Shown: positions 63,956-64,000 of the stretch, in pieces
How the letters are laid out: the number at the start of each line of letters is the position of its first letter
How positions within the stretch are numbered: position 1 is the stretch's first letter
Source: Pavona decussata
Lineage: Eukaryota
Assembly: GCA_977016875.1 (NCBI GenBank)
Contig: CDRNST010000392.1
Coordinates: 186,001 to 250,000, forward strand
Length of the DNA stretch: 64,000 bases
Reading direction: 5' to 3'
Made by a program: the position numbers and the translations under genes
The notes under the pieces: generated by a model
The model's input: the letters and a program-made list of their open reading frames with translations, nothing else
Database searches by the model: none
Told to the model about the DNA's origin: nothing

Positions 63956-64000
63956 CTGAAAACAGACATTACACAGTAAAAAAAGAAACGTTTTCCATTG

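Overview
Eukaryotic, intron-rich genomic DNA, most likely a scleractinian coral or related anthozoan (inferred from the repeat families and gene content), with three N gaps. I reconstructed exons by hand from GT-AG sites and reading frame. The window holds the 3' part of peroxisomal acyl-CoA oxidase 3 (ACOX3, + strand, 13 exons, ending in the PTS1 signal -SKL). It is followed by a tandem array of three TRAF genes on the - strand. TRAF-A is a TRAF4-like gene of about 623 aa with 9 zinc fingers and a 103-aa disordered insert. TRAF-B and TRAF-C are close paralogs with 5 fingers, an intron inside the MATH domain and a PENEPFLGRP...SFG signature; TRAF-C is cut off by the window end. Introns and spacers contain MITEs, tRNA-derived SINEs, an L2 LINE fragment, a ~105-bp satellite and Penelope-like retroelement (PLE) remnants. 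The most unusual layer is a set of hammerhead-ribozyme motifs. One canonical type I hammerhead lies in a 505-nt unit with 82-bp terminal redundancy and a 6-bp TSD (retrozyme-like). A ~430-bp-arm PLE foldback in a TRAF-B intron carries a hammerhead on each strand. Two hammerheads downstream of GIY-YIG fragments show U3-A8 core covariation.
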